DNA from: Clostridia bacterium
GTDB lineage: Bacteria > Bacillota > Sulfobacillia > RBS10-35 > JADGHG01
Direction: 5' to 3'
Length of the DNA: 52,376 nucleotides
Assembly: GCA_019689585.1 (NCBI GenBank)
Contig: JADGHG010000003.1
Coordinates: forward strand, 1-52,376
Shown here: positions 1 through 10,324 of the stretch, piece after piece
Layout: every line of letters begins with the position of its first letter
Position numbering within the stretch: position 1 is the first letter of the stretch
Translations under genes and position numbers: made by a program
The notes under the pieces: model-generated
What the model was told of the DNA's origin: nothing
Databases searched by the model: none
The model's input: only the letters and a program-made list of their open reading frames with translations

Positions 1-128
1 ACAAGGTGCCGCGCATCTACGAGTTCCGCGCCGAGCTGCCGAAGAGCATGGTCGGCAAGGTGCTGCGCCGCGTTCTCCTGGAGGAGGAGAAGGCGCGGCG
101 GGCCGAGGGGCGCGCCTCGTCGGGCTGA
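1..128 (+). CDS. 3' end of long-chain fatty acid-CoA ligase / AMP-binding enzyme (partial)
   Basis: Frame from nt 3 reads KVPRIYEFRAELPKSMVGKVLRR, the A10 motif (PKSxxGKxLR) of adenylate-forming enzymes; stop TGA at 126-128. Confidence 0.85.
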   Translation, partial: KVPRIYEFRAELPKSMVGKVLRRVLLEEEKARRAEGRASSG

Positions 129-231
129 GGCGGACCCGGTGCGCGGCGGCGCGGGGCGCCCGGCCGCCCGGCCGCAGGGCAGGGCCCGGGCGCCCTGGCG
201 TTCGCGGGGCCACGCCGGGTGCCTGCCCCGG

Positions 232-1110
232 TCAGCGCCGCGGACGCGGCCTGAGCGCGCCGAGGATGAGCCGGTCGCGCAGCCGCGTGGGAAGGCGGCG
301 GAGGAGGAGCGTCTCCCGCGCGCGCGCCGGCGGGGCCACGAGGTAGCGGGCGCGCGGCCTGGGGCTCGTGAGGGCGTGGACGACGGCCTCCGCGACCCGC
401 TCCGGCGCAATGCCGCGCTCGCCCGCGCGGAGCGCCGCGCGCATCGTCCGCTCGATCATCTCCCGGTAGGGGGCGACGGCCTCGGGCGGCGCCGCTTCGA
501 ACCAGCGGCGCGCGCGCTCGACCGACTTCGACCAGATGGGCGTCGCGACCGACCCCGGCTCGACGATCGAGACGGCGACCCCGAAGGGCGCGAGCTCGAC
601 GCGGAGCGTGTCCGCCATCGCCTCCAGCGCGAACTTCGAAATCGAGTAGGGGCCGAGGAAGGGGAGCGCGACGAGGCCCGACATCGAGCCCATGAGGACG
701 ATCCGGCCCCGCGTGCGGCGGAGGAGCGGGAGGAAGGCCTGCGTCACGAGGAGCTGGCCCGTGACGTTGACGTCCAGCTGGTCGCGGAACTCGGCGGCCG
801 GGACGAGCTCGAGCGGGCCGCCGACCGCGACGCCGGCGTTGTTCACGAGCGCGAACGCGGCCGGGCCGCCGCCCAAAGACCGGCCGTCGCGCGCGTCGCC
901 GAGGGCCGCCTCGACCGCGCGCGCCGCTTCGCGCACCGCGGCCTCGTCGCGCACGTCGGCCACGACCGGCTCGAAGCCGTCGGCCCGCACCGCCTCCGCC
1001 GCCTCTTGCGAGCGGACGCCGGCGAAGACGCGGAAACCGCGCGCGCCGAGCGCAAGGGCCACGGCGCGCCCGATGCCGCTTCCCGCACCTGTCACGAAGG
1101 CTGCGCGCAC
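232..1110 (-). CDS. Short-chain dehydrogenase/reductase (SDR)
   Basis: TGAGSGIG Rossmann motif, NNAG, catalytic YSISK (YxxxK); GTG start at 1110 with a GGAGAGG-like RBS. Confidence 0.9.
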   Translation of the reverse strand: MRAAFVTGAGSGIGRAVALALGARGFRVFAGVRSQEAAEAVRADGFEPVVADVRDEAAVREAARAVEAALGDARDGRSLGGGPAAFALVNNAGVAVGGPLELVPAAEFRDQLDVNVTGQLLVTQAFLPLLRRTRGRIVLMGSMSGLVALPFLGPYSISKFALEAMADTLRVELAPFGVAVSIVEPGSVATPIWSKSVERARRWFEAAPPEAVAPYREMIERTMRAALRAGERGIAPERVAEAVVHALTSPRPRARYLVAPPARARETLLLRRLPTRLRDRLILGALRPRPRR

Positions 1111-1148
1111 GTCCTCTCCCCTCGACCCCCGATGCCGGCCGGGCCGGG

Positions 1149-2381
1149 CTAGCCGTCGCCCGACGACGCGCCCGCCCAGGCCGGCTCGCCGCCCGCGACG
1201 ACGAGCGAGCGGTCGACGTCGGCGATCCTCGCGCGCCCGGCCAAGCCGAGCGTCAGGTCGAGGTCGGCGAGGAGGTTGCGCAGGAGCCTTCGCACCCCCG
1301 CCTCGCCCGCGACCGCCATGGCGTAGAGATAGGGCCGGCCGACCCCCACGGCGCGCGCCCCGAGGGCGAGCGCCTTCAAGACGTCGGCGCCCCGGCGGAT
1401 TCCCCCGTCGAAGAGCACGACTGCCCGTCCGCCCACGCGTTCGGCCACGGCGGGCAGGGCGTCGAGGGCGGCGAGGGCGCCGTCGACCTGGCGACCGCCG
1501 TGGTTGCTCACGACGACGCCGTCGGCCCCGAGGGCGACGGCGCGCTCGGCGTCGTCGGGGTGGAGGACGCCCTTCACGAGGAGCGGCCGGCGCCAGCGTT
1601 CGCGCACGAAGGCGAGGTCGTCCCACGTGAAGGCGGGGTTGACGTACACGGAGAGGAACTCGGCGACGGCGGCCTTCGGATCCTCCTCGGGCGGCTTGGC
1701 GAGACGGGCGCGGAAGGCGGGGTCGCCGAGGTAGTTCGCGAGGCCTTCGCCCGTGAGGAACGGCAGGTAGCCGAGGCGGAGGTCGCGCTCGCGCCAGCCG
1801 AGCATCGTCGTGTCGACGGTGACGACGAGCGCCTCGTAGCTGGCCTTCTCGGCCCGCGCAAGGAGGCTCGCCGTCACCTCGCGGTCGCGCGCCGGGTAGA
1901 GCTGGAACCAGAGCGGCGCCTCGCCCGCCTCCGCCGCCACCTCTTCCAGTGGCTTGGACGAGACGGTGCTGAGGGCGAACGCGAGTCCGAGCGCCTTCGC
2001 CGCCCGGGCCGCGGCGAGTTCCGCGTCCGGGTGCACGATCGACTGGACGCCGACCGGCGAGAGGTACACGGGGGCCGGCCAAGGCCGGCCGAAGACGTCG
2101 ACCGAGAGGTCGCGCCGGGAGACGTCGTTCAACATGCGCGGAACGATGCGCCAGCGGCGGAACGCCGCCCGGTTGGCCCAGGCGGTCGCCTCGCGCCCGG
2201 CCGCCCCTTCGACGTAGCCCCAGGCCCCCTCGTCGAGCACCGCCTCGGCGGCCTGGCGCCACTCGCGCGGCGAGACCGGCCAGCGGCCGTCGGCCAGCGC
2301 GCCCGGCCGCGCCACCCCCTCCGGGGCCCGGTTTCCGCCGAGGTAGATCTCCGTCTGCGCCTCGAGGCCGAAGTCCGCCAT
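1149..2381 (-). CDS. FMN-dependent alpha-hydroxy acid oxidase (lactate 2-monooxygenase-like)
   Basis: [20 protein letters not shown] and WFQLY motifs; ATG at 2381 after GGAGG. Confidence 0.9.
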   Translation of the reverse strand: MADFGLEAQTEIYLGGNRAPEGVARPGALADGRWPVSPREWRQAAEAVLDEGAWGYVEGAAGREATAWANRAAFRRWRIVPRMLNDVSRRDLSVDVFGRPWPAPVYLSPVGVQSIVHPDAELAAARAAKALGLAFALSTVSSKPLEEVAAEAGEAPLWFQLYPARDREVTASLLARAEKASYEALVVTVDTTMLGWRERDLRLGYLPFLTGEGLANYLGDPAFRARLAKPPEEDPKAAVAEFLSVYVNPAFTWDDLAFVRERWRRPLLVKGVLHPDDAERAVALGADGVVVSNHGGRQVDGALAALDALPAVAERVGGRAVVLFDGGIRRGADVLKALALGARAVGVGRPYLYAMAVAGEAGVRRLLRNLLADLDLTLGLAGRARIADVDRSLVVAGGEPAWAGASSGDG

Positions 2382-2581
2382 GCGACCGCACCTCCGCCCG
2401 CCGGAAGCTTCCAGACCGGATCTTCGCGGGCGGTGCCCGCGCCACCTCTCGCGCGGCCGGCGGGCGCAGGCGGCGCGCTGCGACACGCCCGGCGCTGGCG
2501 CCCGGGGCGAGGCTTTGGGTACGCTCGGGCCGTGGCCCGTCCGCGGCCGCTCGGCCCGGGGGGTGCGAGGGAGGCGCGACC

Positions 2582-3373
2582 GTGAAGCAGTACCTCGACC
2601 TCTGCCGGCGCATCCTCTCCGAGGGCGTGCCCTCGGACGACCGGACGGGGACCGGCACGCTGGCCGTCTTCGGCCATCAGATGCGATTCGACCTCGCCGC
2701 CGGCTTCCCGCTCGTGACGACGAAGCGCATCAACATCCGCGCCGTCATCCACGAGCTCCTCTGGTTTCTCAAAGGCGACACGAACGTGCGCTACCTCCAC
2801 GAGCGCGACGTCCACATCTGGGACCCCTGGGCCGGCGAGGACGGCGACCTGGGTCCGATCTACGGCAAGCAGTGGCGCCGTTGGGAGGCCGGAGGGCGCA
2901 CGATCGACCAGCTCGGCTGGGTCGTCGACGAGATCCGGAGGCGGCCGGACTCGCGCCGCCTCGTCGTCTCGGCCTGGAACCCGGCCGACCTCGACCGCAT
3001 GGCGCTCCCCCCCTGCCATACGCTCTTCCAGTTCCGCGTGCTCGCCGGCCGGCTCCACTGCCAGCTCTACCAGCGGAGCGCCGACGTCTTCCTCGGCCTC
3101 CCGTTCAACATCGCGAGCTACGCGCTCCTCACCATGATGGTCGCGCAGGTGACGGGGTACGAGCCGGGCGAGCTCGTCCACACGATCGGCGACGCCCACA
3201 TCTACCGGAACCACCTGGAGCAGGTGAAGCTCCAGCTCACGCGCGAACCGCGCCCCTTGCCGCGCATGATCCTGAACCCGGAGGTGCGGGATCTCGACGC
3301 GTTCCGCTTCGAGGACTTCACGCTCGTCGGCTACGACCCCCATCCGCATATCAAAGGCGAGATCTCCGTGTGA
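2582..3373 (+). CDS. thyA: Thymidylate synthase
   Basis: [38 protein letters not shown]; 263 aa. Confidence 0.97.
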   Translation: MKQYLDLCRRILSEGVPSDDRTGTGTLAVFGHQMRFDLAAGFPLVTTKRINIRAVIHELLWFLKGDTNVRYLHERDVHIWDPWAGEDGDLGPIYGKQWRRWEAGGRTIDQLGWVVDEIRRRPDSRRLVVSAWNPADLDRMALPPCHTLFQFRVLAGRLHCQLYQRSADVFLGLPFNIASYALLTMMVAQVTGYEPGELVHTIGDAHIYRNHLEQVKLQLTREPRPLPRMILNPEVRDLDAFRFEDFTLVGYDPHPHIKGEISV

Positions 3374-3410
3374 CCCGGCCGCCGCGAGGTGGAGCTCACG
3401 CGGATCGGGC

Positions 3411-4430
3411 TCATCCGCCGCGCGCCCTGCCCGGCCGACGCCCGCTGCCCCTTCGCCCCCGAACGGCCAGGCCGCCCGCGCCTTCCGCGTCCGGCGGCTT
3501 CGACGTCGCCCGCAGGAAGCCGACGAGCCCCGCCAGGATGGCGGCGCCGCCCGCCGCCTCGGCCGCGGTCGGCAGCTCGCCCAGGACGAGCCAGGCGAGG
3601 AGCGTGGCGCCCACCGGTTCGCCCAGGTTGGTGACCGAGACGGTCGCAGCCGGCACGTGCTCGAGCGCCCAGTTGAAGAGCGTGTGTCCGAAGAGCGTCG
3701 GCACGACGGCCAGCGCCAAGAAGATCGCCCACTCGCGCGGGGGGTACGGGACGAGCGGCACGCCCGCCACCCGGGCGCCGAGCCCGAGGGCGACGGCCGC
3801 GAACGCGTACACCCAGGTCGTATAGGTCGCGTTGTCGAGGCGGCTCCGCAACCGGCGGCCGACCAGCATGTAGCCGGCGAGGCACGCGGCCCCGAGGAGC
3901 GCCAGGCCATCTCCGTAGAGGGCCGTCCCGCCGAGCGCGTAGTCTCCGCCGCCCACGATCGCCGTCCCCAAAAGCGCTACGCCCGCCGCGAGGTAGGCGG
4001 CGCGGGAAAGGGGCTCGTCCCCGAGCGGCACGGCCGCCGCCGCCACGAGGAGCGGGTGGCTCGAGACGAGCACGAGGGAGCTCGCGACGGTCGTGTAGCG
4101 GAGCGACGCGATCCAGCTCGTGAAGTGAAGGGCGAGCAAGAGGCCGCTCGCCGCCATGAGGGCCACATCGCGCGCCGCGGGCCACCGCGCGCGGGCCGCG
4201 GCCGGCCGCCCCGCGCGGGCGACCCCCGCCCCGCCGGCCGCCCGAGTGCGACCCCGGATCCCGGTGCCCGCGGCACTCGCGAGGACGGTCAGCGGCACCG
4301 CGAGCGCCAGCCGGTAAAAGGAGAGGACCACGGGCGGCGCGGACGAGAACCGGACGAAGATGCTCGCGAAGGAGACGGCGACGACGGCCGTCGCGAGCGC
4401 GAGAAGCACGCGGAGCGGCACGATCGCCAT
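3411..4430 (-). CDS. DMT/EamA family transporter
   Basis: About 10 hydrophobic segments; LALHFTSWIASLRYTTVASS and GHTLFNWAL...GEPVGA motifs. Confidence 0.85.
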   Translation of the reverse strand: MAIVPLRVLLALATAVVAVSFASIFVRFSSAPPVVLSFYRLALAVPLTVLASAAGTGIRGRTRAAGGAGVARAGRPAAARARWPAARDVALMAASGLLLALHFTSWIASLRYTTVASSLVLVSSHPLLVAAAAVPLGDEPLSRAAYLAAGVALLGTAIVGGGDYALGGTALYGDGLALLGAACLAGYMLVGRRLRSRLDNATYTTWVYAFAAVALGLGARVAGVPLVPYPPREWAIFLALAVVPTLFGHTLFNWALEHVPAATVSVTNLGEPVGATLLAWLVLGELPTAAEAAGGAAILAGLVGFLRATSKPPDAEGAGGLAVRGRRGSGRRPGRARGG

Positions 4431-4493
4431 CCCCCCGCAGGCCGCGCCGCGCCGGCGCCTCACGCGGGTGCGGCGCGGCGCGGCATCTCCAGG

Positions 4494-6071
4494 CTAGCCG
4501 AGGCTTCCGTCCGCCGAAAGCCGCACCTCGCGGGTGGCGACGGCCTCGCGAAAGGCGCGGTCGTGCGAGGCGAAGACGACCGTGCCGCGGAACGCCCGCA
4601 GCGCCCGCTCGAGGGCCTCCCGGCCGGGGAGGTCCAGGTGGTTGGTCGGCTCGTCGAGGAGCAGGAGATCCGGGACCGAGACGAGTGCGAGGCAGAGGGC
4701 GAGCCGCGTGCGCTCGCCGGGGCTCAGGGTCGCCGCCGGCCTCAGGGCGGCCTCGCCGGGGACGCCTAGGGCGGCGAGAAGCGTGCGGGCCGTGGCGGCG
4801 TCCGGCGCCCCCGCGGCGAGCACCTGCGCGACGGCGCTGCGGCCGGGGTCCACGGCGCCCTCTTGCCGGAAGTGCAAGACGCGCGCGGACGGCACGACGC
4901 GCACGCGCCCCGAGAGTCTTCCCGACCACGCCTCGCCGCCCTCGCCGTGCCCACCGCCCGACCGGAGGCGCTGCCCTCCGCCTTCGAGGAGCGCGCGGGG
5001 CGCGCCGGAAGCTACGGCGGCCAGGATGCGGATCAGCGTCGTCTTCCCGCTCCCGTTCGGCCCGACCAGCGCGAGCCGTTCGCCGCGCCGGATCTCGAGG
5101 CGCTCGACCCGGAGAGCCGGCCGGTCCGGACGCGCGCCCGAGGCCCGGCCGTCGTGCCCGCTCCGGGCGTCGCCCGCGTCGCGCGCGTCACACCCGCCGG
5201 CGGCTTCCGCGGTGTCGCCGTCCCCGTACCGGAACGTCACGCCCTCCAGCTGCGCGATCACCGGCGGCAGACTTCGCGCCGGGAGGAAGGAGAGGTCGAG
5301 GGGCGGCACCCGCCAGGGCTTCTCGACGCGCCCCGCCTCGTGGCGCGCAAGGCGCGTCTCGATCGCCTTCGCCCTGTCCATGGCCTTGGCGGCCCGCTTC
5401 TTCAGGTACGGGTTCCGCTCCCCGGCCTGGCGGTGGGCCCGCTCGGCCCAGACCGCCTGGCGGCGGGCCGCCTCGAGCAGCCGGCGCCGCTCGGCCTCCC
5501 ACGCCTCGTACCGCTCGGCCTGCTGCCGGCGCTCCGCCTCCCGCTGGGCGCGGTAGGCCGAGTAGTTGCCCGGGTACTCCCGCACCCGACCCCGGTCGAT
5601 CGCCAGGATGCGGCCGCAGACCGCGTCGAGGAGCGCGCGGTCGTGGGAGGCCAGCACGATCGTGCCGCGGAAGGCGAGAAGCCGCCGCGCGACCCAGTCC
5701 TGCACCTCCTCGTCCAGGTGGTTCGTCGGCTCGTCGAGGAGGAGGAGCGCCGGCTCCGCGGAGAGCAGCCGGCCCAAGCGGCGGCGCATCCGCTCGCCGG
5801 AACTCTCCCCCGCCCTCCCCTCCGCCGCGCCGGGACACTCGTCCGGCGCGGGCTCCTGCCGGAAGAACGCGATCGTAGGCCGACCGCCCACCCAGTGGAG
5901 GCAGCGCGGGGGCGCCTCGAGTTCGCCCGCGAGGACGCGCAGGAGCGTCGTCTTGCCGGCGCCGTTCGGGCCGATCAGCCCCACCCGGTCGCCCGCCGCG
6001 AGGTGGAAGGAGACGTCGCGGAGAAGCGGCTCGTCGCCGAAGGAAACGGAAAGGCCGCGCACGCGCAGCAT
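4494..6071 (-). CDS. ABC-F family ATPase (possible ribosome-protection type)
   Basis: Two ABC domains (GPNGAGKT, GPNGSGKT, two LLDEPTNHLD), a charged helical linker and no TM segments. Confidence 0.85.
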   Translation of the reverse strand: MLRVRGLSVSFGDEPLLRDVSFHLAAGDRVGLIGPNGAGKTTLLRVLAGELEAPPRCLHWVGGRPTIAFFRQEPAPDECPGAAEGRAGESSGERMRRRLGRLLSAEPALLLLDEPTNHLDEEVQDWVARRLLAFRGTIVLASHDRALLDAVCGRILAIDRGRVREYPGNYSAYRAQREAERRQQAERYEAWEAERRRLLEAARRQAVWAERAHRQAGERNPYLKKRAAKAMDRAKAIETRLARHEAGRVEKPWRVPPLDLSFLPARSLPPVIAQLEGVTFRYGDGDTAEAAGGCDARDAGDARSGHDGRASGARPDRPALRVERLEIRRGERLALVGPNGSGKTTLIRILAAVASGAPRALLEGGGQRLRSGGGHGEGGEAWSGRLSGRVRVVPSARVLHFRQEGAVDPGRSAVAQVLAAGAPDAATARTLLAALGVPGEAALRPAATLSPGERTRLALCLALVSVPDLLLLDEPTNHLDLPGREALERALRAFRGTVVFASHDRAFREAVATREVRLSADGSLG

Positions 6072-6098
6072 CGCTCGTCCTCCCTGGGATGCGGGATG

Positions 6099-6125
6099 TC
6101 AGCGGACGGCGACGCGGCGCCTCAC
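6099..6125 (-). promoter_or_regulatory. Candidate leader-peptide uORF MRRRVAVR upstream of the ABC-F gene
   Basis: GGAGG at 6136-6132, GTG at 6125, TGA ending 6099, 28 nt before the ABC-F ATG. Confidence 0.45.
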
Positions 6126-6154
6126 TCGCAGCCTCCCCTCGCTACGCTGCTCTC

Positions 6155-7465
6155 TCACACCGACTGTAGCACGGCGTCCTCGGCCGCGGCGGGGAACACG
6201 CACACGAATCGGCTCCCCGGGCCGCCTTCGCGGCCCTCCACCCACACGCGGCCGTCGTGGCGCAGGACGACGTGCTTGACGATCGCGAGACCCAGACCCG
6301 TGCCGCCGGTCTCGCGGCTGCGCCCCTTGTCGACGCGGTAGAAGCGCTCGAAGATGCGGGTGCGGTCGGCGGGCGGGACGCCGATGCCCGTGTCCTCGAC
6401 GACGAGCCTCGCCCACGGGCGCCCGTCCAGCTCGACGACGTCCGTGCGCAGGCTGACCCGTCCGCCGGGCGGCGTGTACCTGGCCGCGTTGCTGAGGAGG
6501 TTGCCGATCACCTGCTGGATCTGGTCCGGGTCGCCCAGGGTGGGCGCCCGCTCGAGCCGGAGGTCGACCGCGAGGTTCCGTTCGCGGAAGAGGGGCTGCA
6601 TGCGCTCGTGCGCCTCCTGCACCTCAGCCGCGAGGTCGAGCGGCACCTGGTGGAACGGCGTCTCGAAACTCTCCAGGCGCGCGAGCGTCATCATGTCGTC
6701 GAGCAGCCGCACCATGAGCTGCACGTTGCGCACGATGTTCGCGAGGTAGCGCTGGCGCGGGTCGTCCTCGGGCCACTCCTCGGCCAGCGTGTCCGCGTAC
6801 CCCTGGATCGCGGTGAGCGGCGTGCGGAGCTCGTGCGAGGCATTGGCCACGAACTCGCGGCGCATCCGCTCGACCGCCCGGAGCTCCGTGACGTCGCGCA
6901 GCACCACGAGCAGGAACGGCCGATCGTCGCCCTTCGGCGTCCCGAGAGGTCGGATGCGCACTTCGTAGGTGCGGCTGCCGTCGTCGCGGACGTACTCCAC
7001 CACGCGCGGCTTCCCGTCGCGGCGGGCGTCGCCGAGGGCCCGGTCGACGTCGGCCCGCCGGAACACCTCGATGGCGTACTTGCCCGTGACCACGGGGGCG
7101 AGAGGGCTCCAGGCCTCGCGTACGCTGTGGTTCGCGTAGATCACGCGCCCCAGAGGGTCGAGGAGGATCACGCCGTCGTCGAGCCCGTCCAGCGTCCGCC
7201 GCATGCTCTCGAGGTCCTCGCGCGTCTCGTCCCAGTACAGGAGGAGCCCGCGCACGACCGCGGAGAGCTCGCGCGCGAGCCGCCCCGCGCCCGGTTTCTC
7301 CTCCCCCTCGGCGTCCAGGAAGGCGCGCCCGCGTTCGACAGCGAACGACGCGACGGAATGGATGGGCCACCAGCGGCCCCGCTCCGCGCGAACGCCGCAG
7401 GCGTACGCCAGCGCGGCGACCGCGAGAGCCCCCGCCGCGGCGACCGCGATCCCGAGGGCGCTCAC
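6155..7465 (-). CDS. PhoR/WalK-like PAS sensor histidine kinase
   Basis: One N-terminal TM, PAS-like region, H-box ANASHELRTPL, N-box, RIFERFYRVDKGRSR, GGTGLGL. Confidence 0.9.
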   Translation of the reverse strand: MSALGIAVAAAGALAVAALAYACGVRAERGRWWPIHSVASFAVERGRAFLDAEGEEKPGAGRLARELSAVVRGLLLYWDETREDLESMRRTLDGLDDGVILLDPLGRVIYANHSVREAWSPLAPVVTGKYAIEVFRRADVDRALGDARRDGKPRVVEYVRDDGSRTYEVRIRPLGTPKGDDRPFLLVVLRDVTELRAVERMRREFVANASHELRTPLTAIQGYADTLAEEWPEDDPRQRYLANIVRNVQLMVRLLDDMMTLARLESFETPFHQVPLDLAAEVQEAHERMQPLFRERNLAVDLRLERAPTLGDPDQIQQVIGNLLSNAARYTPPGGRVSLRTDVVELDGRPWARLVVEDTGIGVPPADRTRIFERFYRVDKGRSRETGGTGLGLAIVKHVVLRHDGRVWVEGREGGPGSRFVCVFPAAAEDAVLQSV

Positions 7466-8148
7466 GGTTCCTCGGACCTCAGCCGGTAGCCGACGCCGCG
7501 CACGGTCTCGATCAGGCCCTCGATGCCGGCCGCCGCCAGCTTCGAGCGGATATGACGGACGTGCACGTCCACCGTGCGCTCCTCCCCGACGAAGTCCGAC
7601 CCCCAGACGCGGTCGAGGATCTGGGCCCGGGACAAGACGGCCCCGGGGCGCTCCGCAAGCACGTGCAGAAGCCCGAACTCCATGGCGGTGAGCGGCACGA
7701 CGTCGCCGTCCACCTGCGCCAGCATCCGCACCGGGTCGAGCGACAGGCGTCCCACGCGCACCACGCCCGCGGACGGAGGGCGCGTGACGCGCCGGAGCAC
7801 CGCCCGCACGCGAGCCACGAGCTCACGGGGGCGGAAGGGTTTCACGACGTAGTCGTCGGCGCCCAGTTCCAGGCCGGCCACCTGATCCGCCTCGTCGGAG
7901 AGCGCCGTGAGGATCACGATGCCGACCGCCTCGCCCCGCTCGCGCAGGCGTCGGCAGAGGTCGAACCCATGCCCGTCGGGAAGCATGAGGTCGAGGACGA
8001 CGAGCTCCGGGCCCCACCGGGACACCAGCTCCCAGCCCTCCCGGGCGTCGCCCGCCGCCTTCACCTGGTAGCTGGCGCGCGTGAGGTGGTGACTCACGAG
8101 CTCCCGGATGTCCGCGTCGTCCTCGATCAAGAGGATCCTGCCGGGCAT
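7462..8148 (-). CDS. OmpR/PhoB family response regulator (PhoB/PhoP-like)
   Basis: Receiver (IEDD, LDLMLP, ADDYVVKPF) and winged helix (RTVDVHVRHIRSKL, TVRGVGY); 4-nt overlap with the kinase gene. Confidence 0.92.
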   Translation of the reverse strand: MPGRILLIEDDADIRELVSHHLTRASYQVKAAGDAREGWELVSRWGPELVVLDLMLPDGHGFDLCRRLRERGEAVGIVILTALSDEADQVAGLELGADDYVVKPFRPRELVARVRAVLRRVTRPPSAGVVRVGRLSLDPVRMLAQVDGDVVPLTAMEFGLLHVLAERPGAVLSRAQILDRVWGSDFVGEERTVDVHVRHIRSKLAAAGIEGLIETVRGVGYRLRSEEP

Positions 8149-8236
8149 GCGCGCTCACCCCTTTGGAATGCCGACGACAGCTCATGTTCATTAAGCCATG
8201 AGCCCTATCGTCGGATCCCGACCTGCGTGCTCCCGG

Positions 8237-8270
8237 CCCTCATCAGGTTCTCATCCCAGGACGGTATCCT
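8237..8270 (+). promoter_or_regulatory. Candidate response-regulator box pair plus -10 element
   Basis: CCCTCAT and TTCTCAT in 11-bp phase (TCA at 8240 and 8251); TATCCT at 8265. Confidence 0.5.
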
Positions 8271-8288
8271 TACGGGTTGGTGAGCCTC

Positions 8289-8978
8289 ATGCCCCTCGGG
8301 AGGATCCTCGTCGTCGAGGACGAGCCCTCGCTGGCCCGCTACCTCCAGATGGAGCTGGAGCACGAAGGCTACCGGTGCCGAATGGCCCATTCCGGCCCTC
8401 TGGCGCTGCAGCTCGCGCAGGCCGAAGCCTTCGACCTCGTGCTTCTCGACCTGATGCTGCCGGACCTCGACGGCCTGGAGGTCTGCCGGCGCCTCCGCCG
8501 CGCGAGCGATGTGCCGATCATCATGATCACCGCACGAGACGCCGTCGCCGACAGGATCGCGGGTCTCGACACCGGAGCCGACGACTACCTCACCAAACCC
8601 TTCGCCATCGAGGAGCTGCTGGCCCGCATGCGCGCCGTGGTGCGCCGCCGCGAGCGAAGCGCGCCTTCGACCGAGACGGCTGTGCTCGCGGTCGGCGCTC
8701 TCCGACTGAGCCCCGCCACCCGCGAGGTTCGCTGCGCCGAAAGAGTCATCGCCCTGACGAAACGCGAGTTCGATCTGCTCGAATACCTCATGGAGAACGC
8801 CGGTCGGGTCTGCAACCGGGACCAGATCATGGCCGCCGTCTGGGGATACGATTCCGAGGCGGAGACGAACGTCGTGGACGTCTACGTCCGTTACCTCCGG
8901 AGGAAACTGGGCCGGTGCGCCGGGTTCCTGCGGACGGTGCGGGGCGTCGGTTACCTCTTGCGAGAAGACGGTGCATGA
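8289..8978 (+). CDS. OmpR family response regulator (ArlR/MprA-like)
   Basis: VEDE, LDLMLP, GADDYLTKPF, NVVDVYVRYLRRKL, TVRGVGY. Confidence 0.92.
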   Translation: MPLGRILVVEDEPSLARYLQMELEHEGYRCRMAHSGPLALQLAQAEAFDLVLLDLMLPDLDGLEVCRRLRRASDVPIIMITARDAVADRIAGLDTGADDYLTKPFAIEELLARMRAVVRRRERSAPSTETAVLAVGALRLSPATREVRCAERVIALTKREFDLLEYLMENAGRVCNRDQIMAAVWGYDSEAETNVVDVYVRYLRRKLGRCAGFLRTVRGVGYLLREDGA

Positions 8979-10324
8979 ACCGCCTGAGCCTGCGCCTCAG
9001 CGCGGCCATCGCCGCCGTCTTCCTGCTGGCCCTCCTTTTGTCCGGCCTTCTGACGTACGCGGGCGTCAAGCGGCAGATGGAGCTCGCCGCCCGCACCCAG
9101 GCGGAGGCCGTGGTCCAGACGCTGCGACGTACGTATGCAGAACCGGAGGACGGCCAGCGGGACCAGCACGCCGACCCGGCCGACGGAGACTTCCTCGCCG
9201 GGGTGCCTCCGGGCATCGAGATCGTCATCCGCGACGGATCGGGACGGGTCGTGAACGCGACATCGCCCGGGGCGGTCCGGCTGCTCCCCGGCACGGGGAT
9301 CCAAAGCGCCGGCGAATCCTTGTACTGGGTGATCCGGAAACCGCTCGACCGCGACGGCCGGCTCATCGTCACGGTCGGTGTGCCCTTCGGCGGTGCGTGG
9401 GAGTTCCTCGAGCTGCTGCGCGCGCGCCTTCTCATGATCGGCGCCGGGAGCGGCCTCGCCGTGCTGGCCGTCGTCTTCCTCCTGGTCCGGGCCAAACTGC
9501 GCCCCCTGCGCGAGCTCGCACAGGCGGCCCGCCAACTGGGGCAGGGCGACTGGGGTCGCCGGTTCGACGCGCGCGGGTCGCCGGAAGAGGTCGCGGCTCT
9601 GGGTCAGTCGTTTAACGACATGGCCGACCGCCTGGAGGCCGCGTTCGAACGGCAGCGCACGTTCGTGGCCGACGCCGCCCACGAGCTGCGGACTCCGGTC
9701 GCCATCCTGGACGGGTACACGCGCATGCTCCAGCGTTGGGGGAAGTCCGATCCCCGCGTGCTCGACGAATCGCTGGACGCCATGTCCACCGAGACGGCAT
9801 ACATGGCGAAGCTCGTGCAGAAACTGCTCGCCGCAAGCCGCGACGGCCGGTCGGCGGCCGAGCCCCCGACCGCCTTCCACCTGGACGACCTGCTCGCGCA
9901 GGTCGTCTCTGCGACGCGACTCCTGGGCCGCGAGCGGGACGTCGCGGTGCGGCTCGGGACGATCAAGCCTCTCACGGTCAAGGGGGACCCGGACGCCATG
10001 CGGGAGGCCTTGCTCGCGGTGATCGAGAACGCCATCAAATTCACCAAGCCCGGAACCGCGGTGGAGGTGTCCTGCGAAGCGTCGGGCGACGCCGCCCGGG
10101 TCGTCGTCCGCGACCAGGGGCCTGGTATTGCACCCGAAGCCCTGCCTCACATCTTCGAGCGCTTCTTCAAGGCGGACCGCGCCCGCGCCCGCCACATCGA
10201 GGGCACGGGTCTGGGTCTGTCCATCGCCAGCGATCTGATGAAGTCCCAAGGCGGCCGCGTGTACGTGCTCGAGACGTCCCCTACGGGCACGGCCTTCGCC
10301 TTGGAACTGCCGCTCTTCTCATGA
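8975..10324 (+). CDS. HAMP-containing sensor histidine kinase
   Basis: Two TMs, HAMP, DAAHELRTP, ENAIKF, DQGPG, GTGLGL; ATGA overlap with the regulator gene. Confidence 0.92.
   Translation: MNRLSLRLSAAIAAVFLLALLLSGLLTYAGVKRQMELAARTQAEAVVQTLRRTYAEPEDGQRDQHADPADGDFLAGVPPGIEIVIRDGSGRVVNATSPGAVRLLPGTGIQSAGESLYWVIRKPLDRDGRLIVTVGVPFGGAWEFLELLRARLLMIGAGSGLAVLAVVFLLVRAKLRPLRELAQAARQLGQGDWGRRFDARGSPEEVAALGQSFNDMADRLEAAFERQRTFVADAAHELRTPVAILDGYTRMLQRWGKSDPRVLDESLDAMSTETAYMAKLVQKLLAASRDGRSAAEPPTAFHLDDLLAQVVSATRLLGRERDVAVRLGTIKPLTVKGDPDAMREALLAVIENAIKFTKPGTAVEVSCEASGDAARVVVRDQGPGIAPEALPHIFERFFKADRARARHIEGTGLGLSIASDLMKSQGGRVYVLETSPTGTAFALELPLFS

Noticed and set aside
8149-8236. Canonical Pho box for the PhoB-like operon
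   Set aside because: No convincing 11-bp-phased TT(A/T)ACA or CTGTCAT repeats on that strand, so phoB/phoR symbols were not assigned
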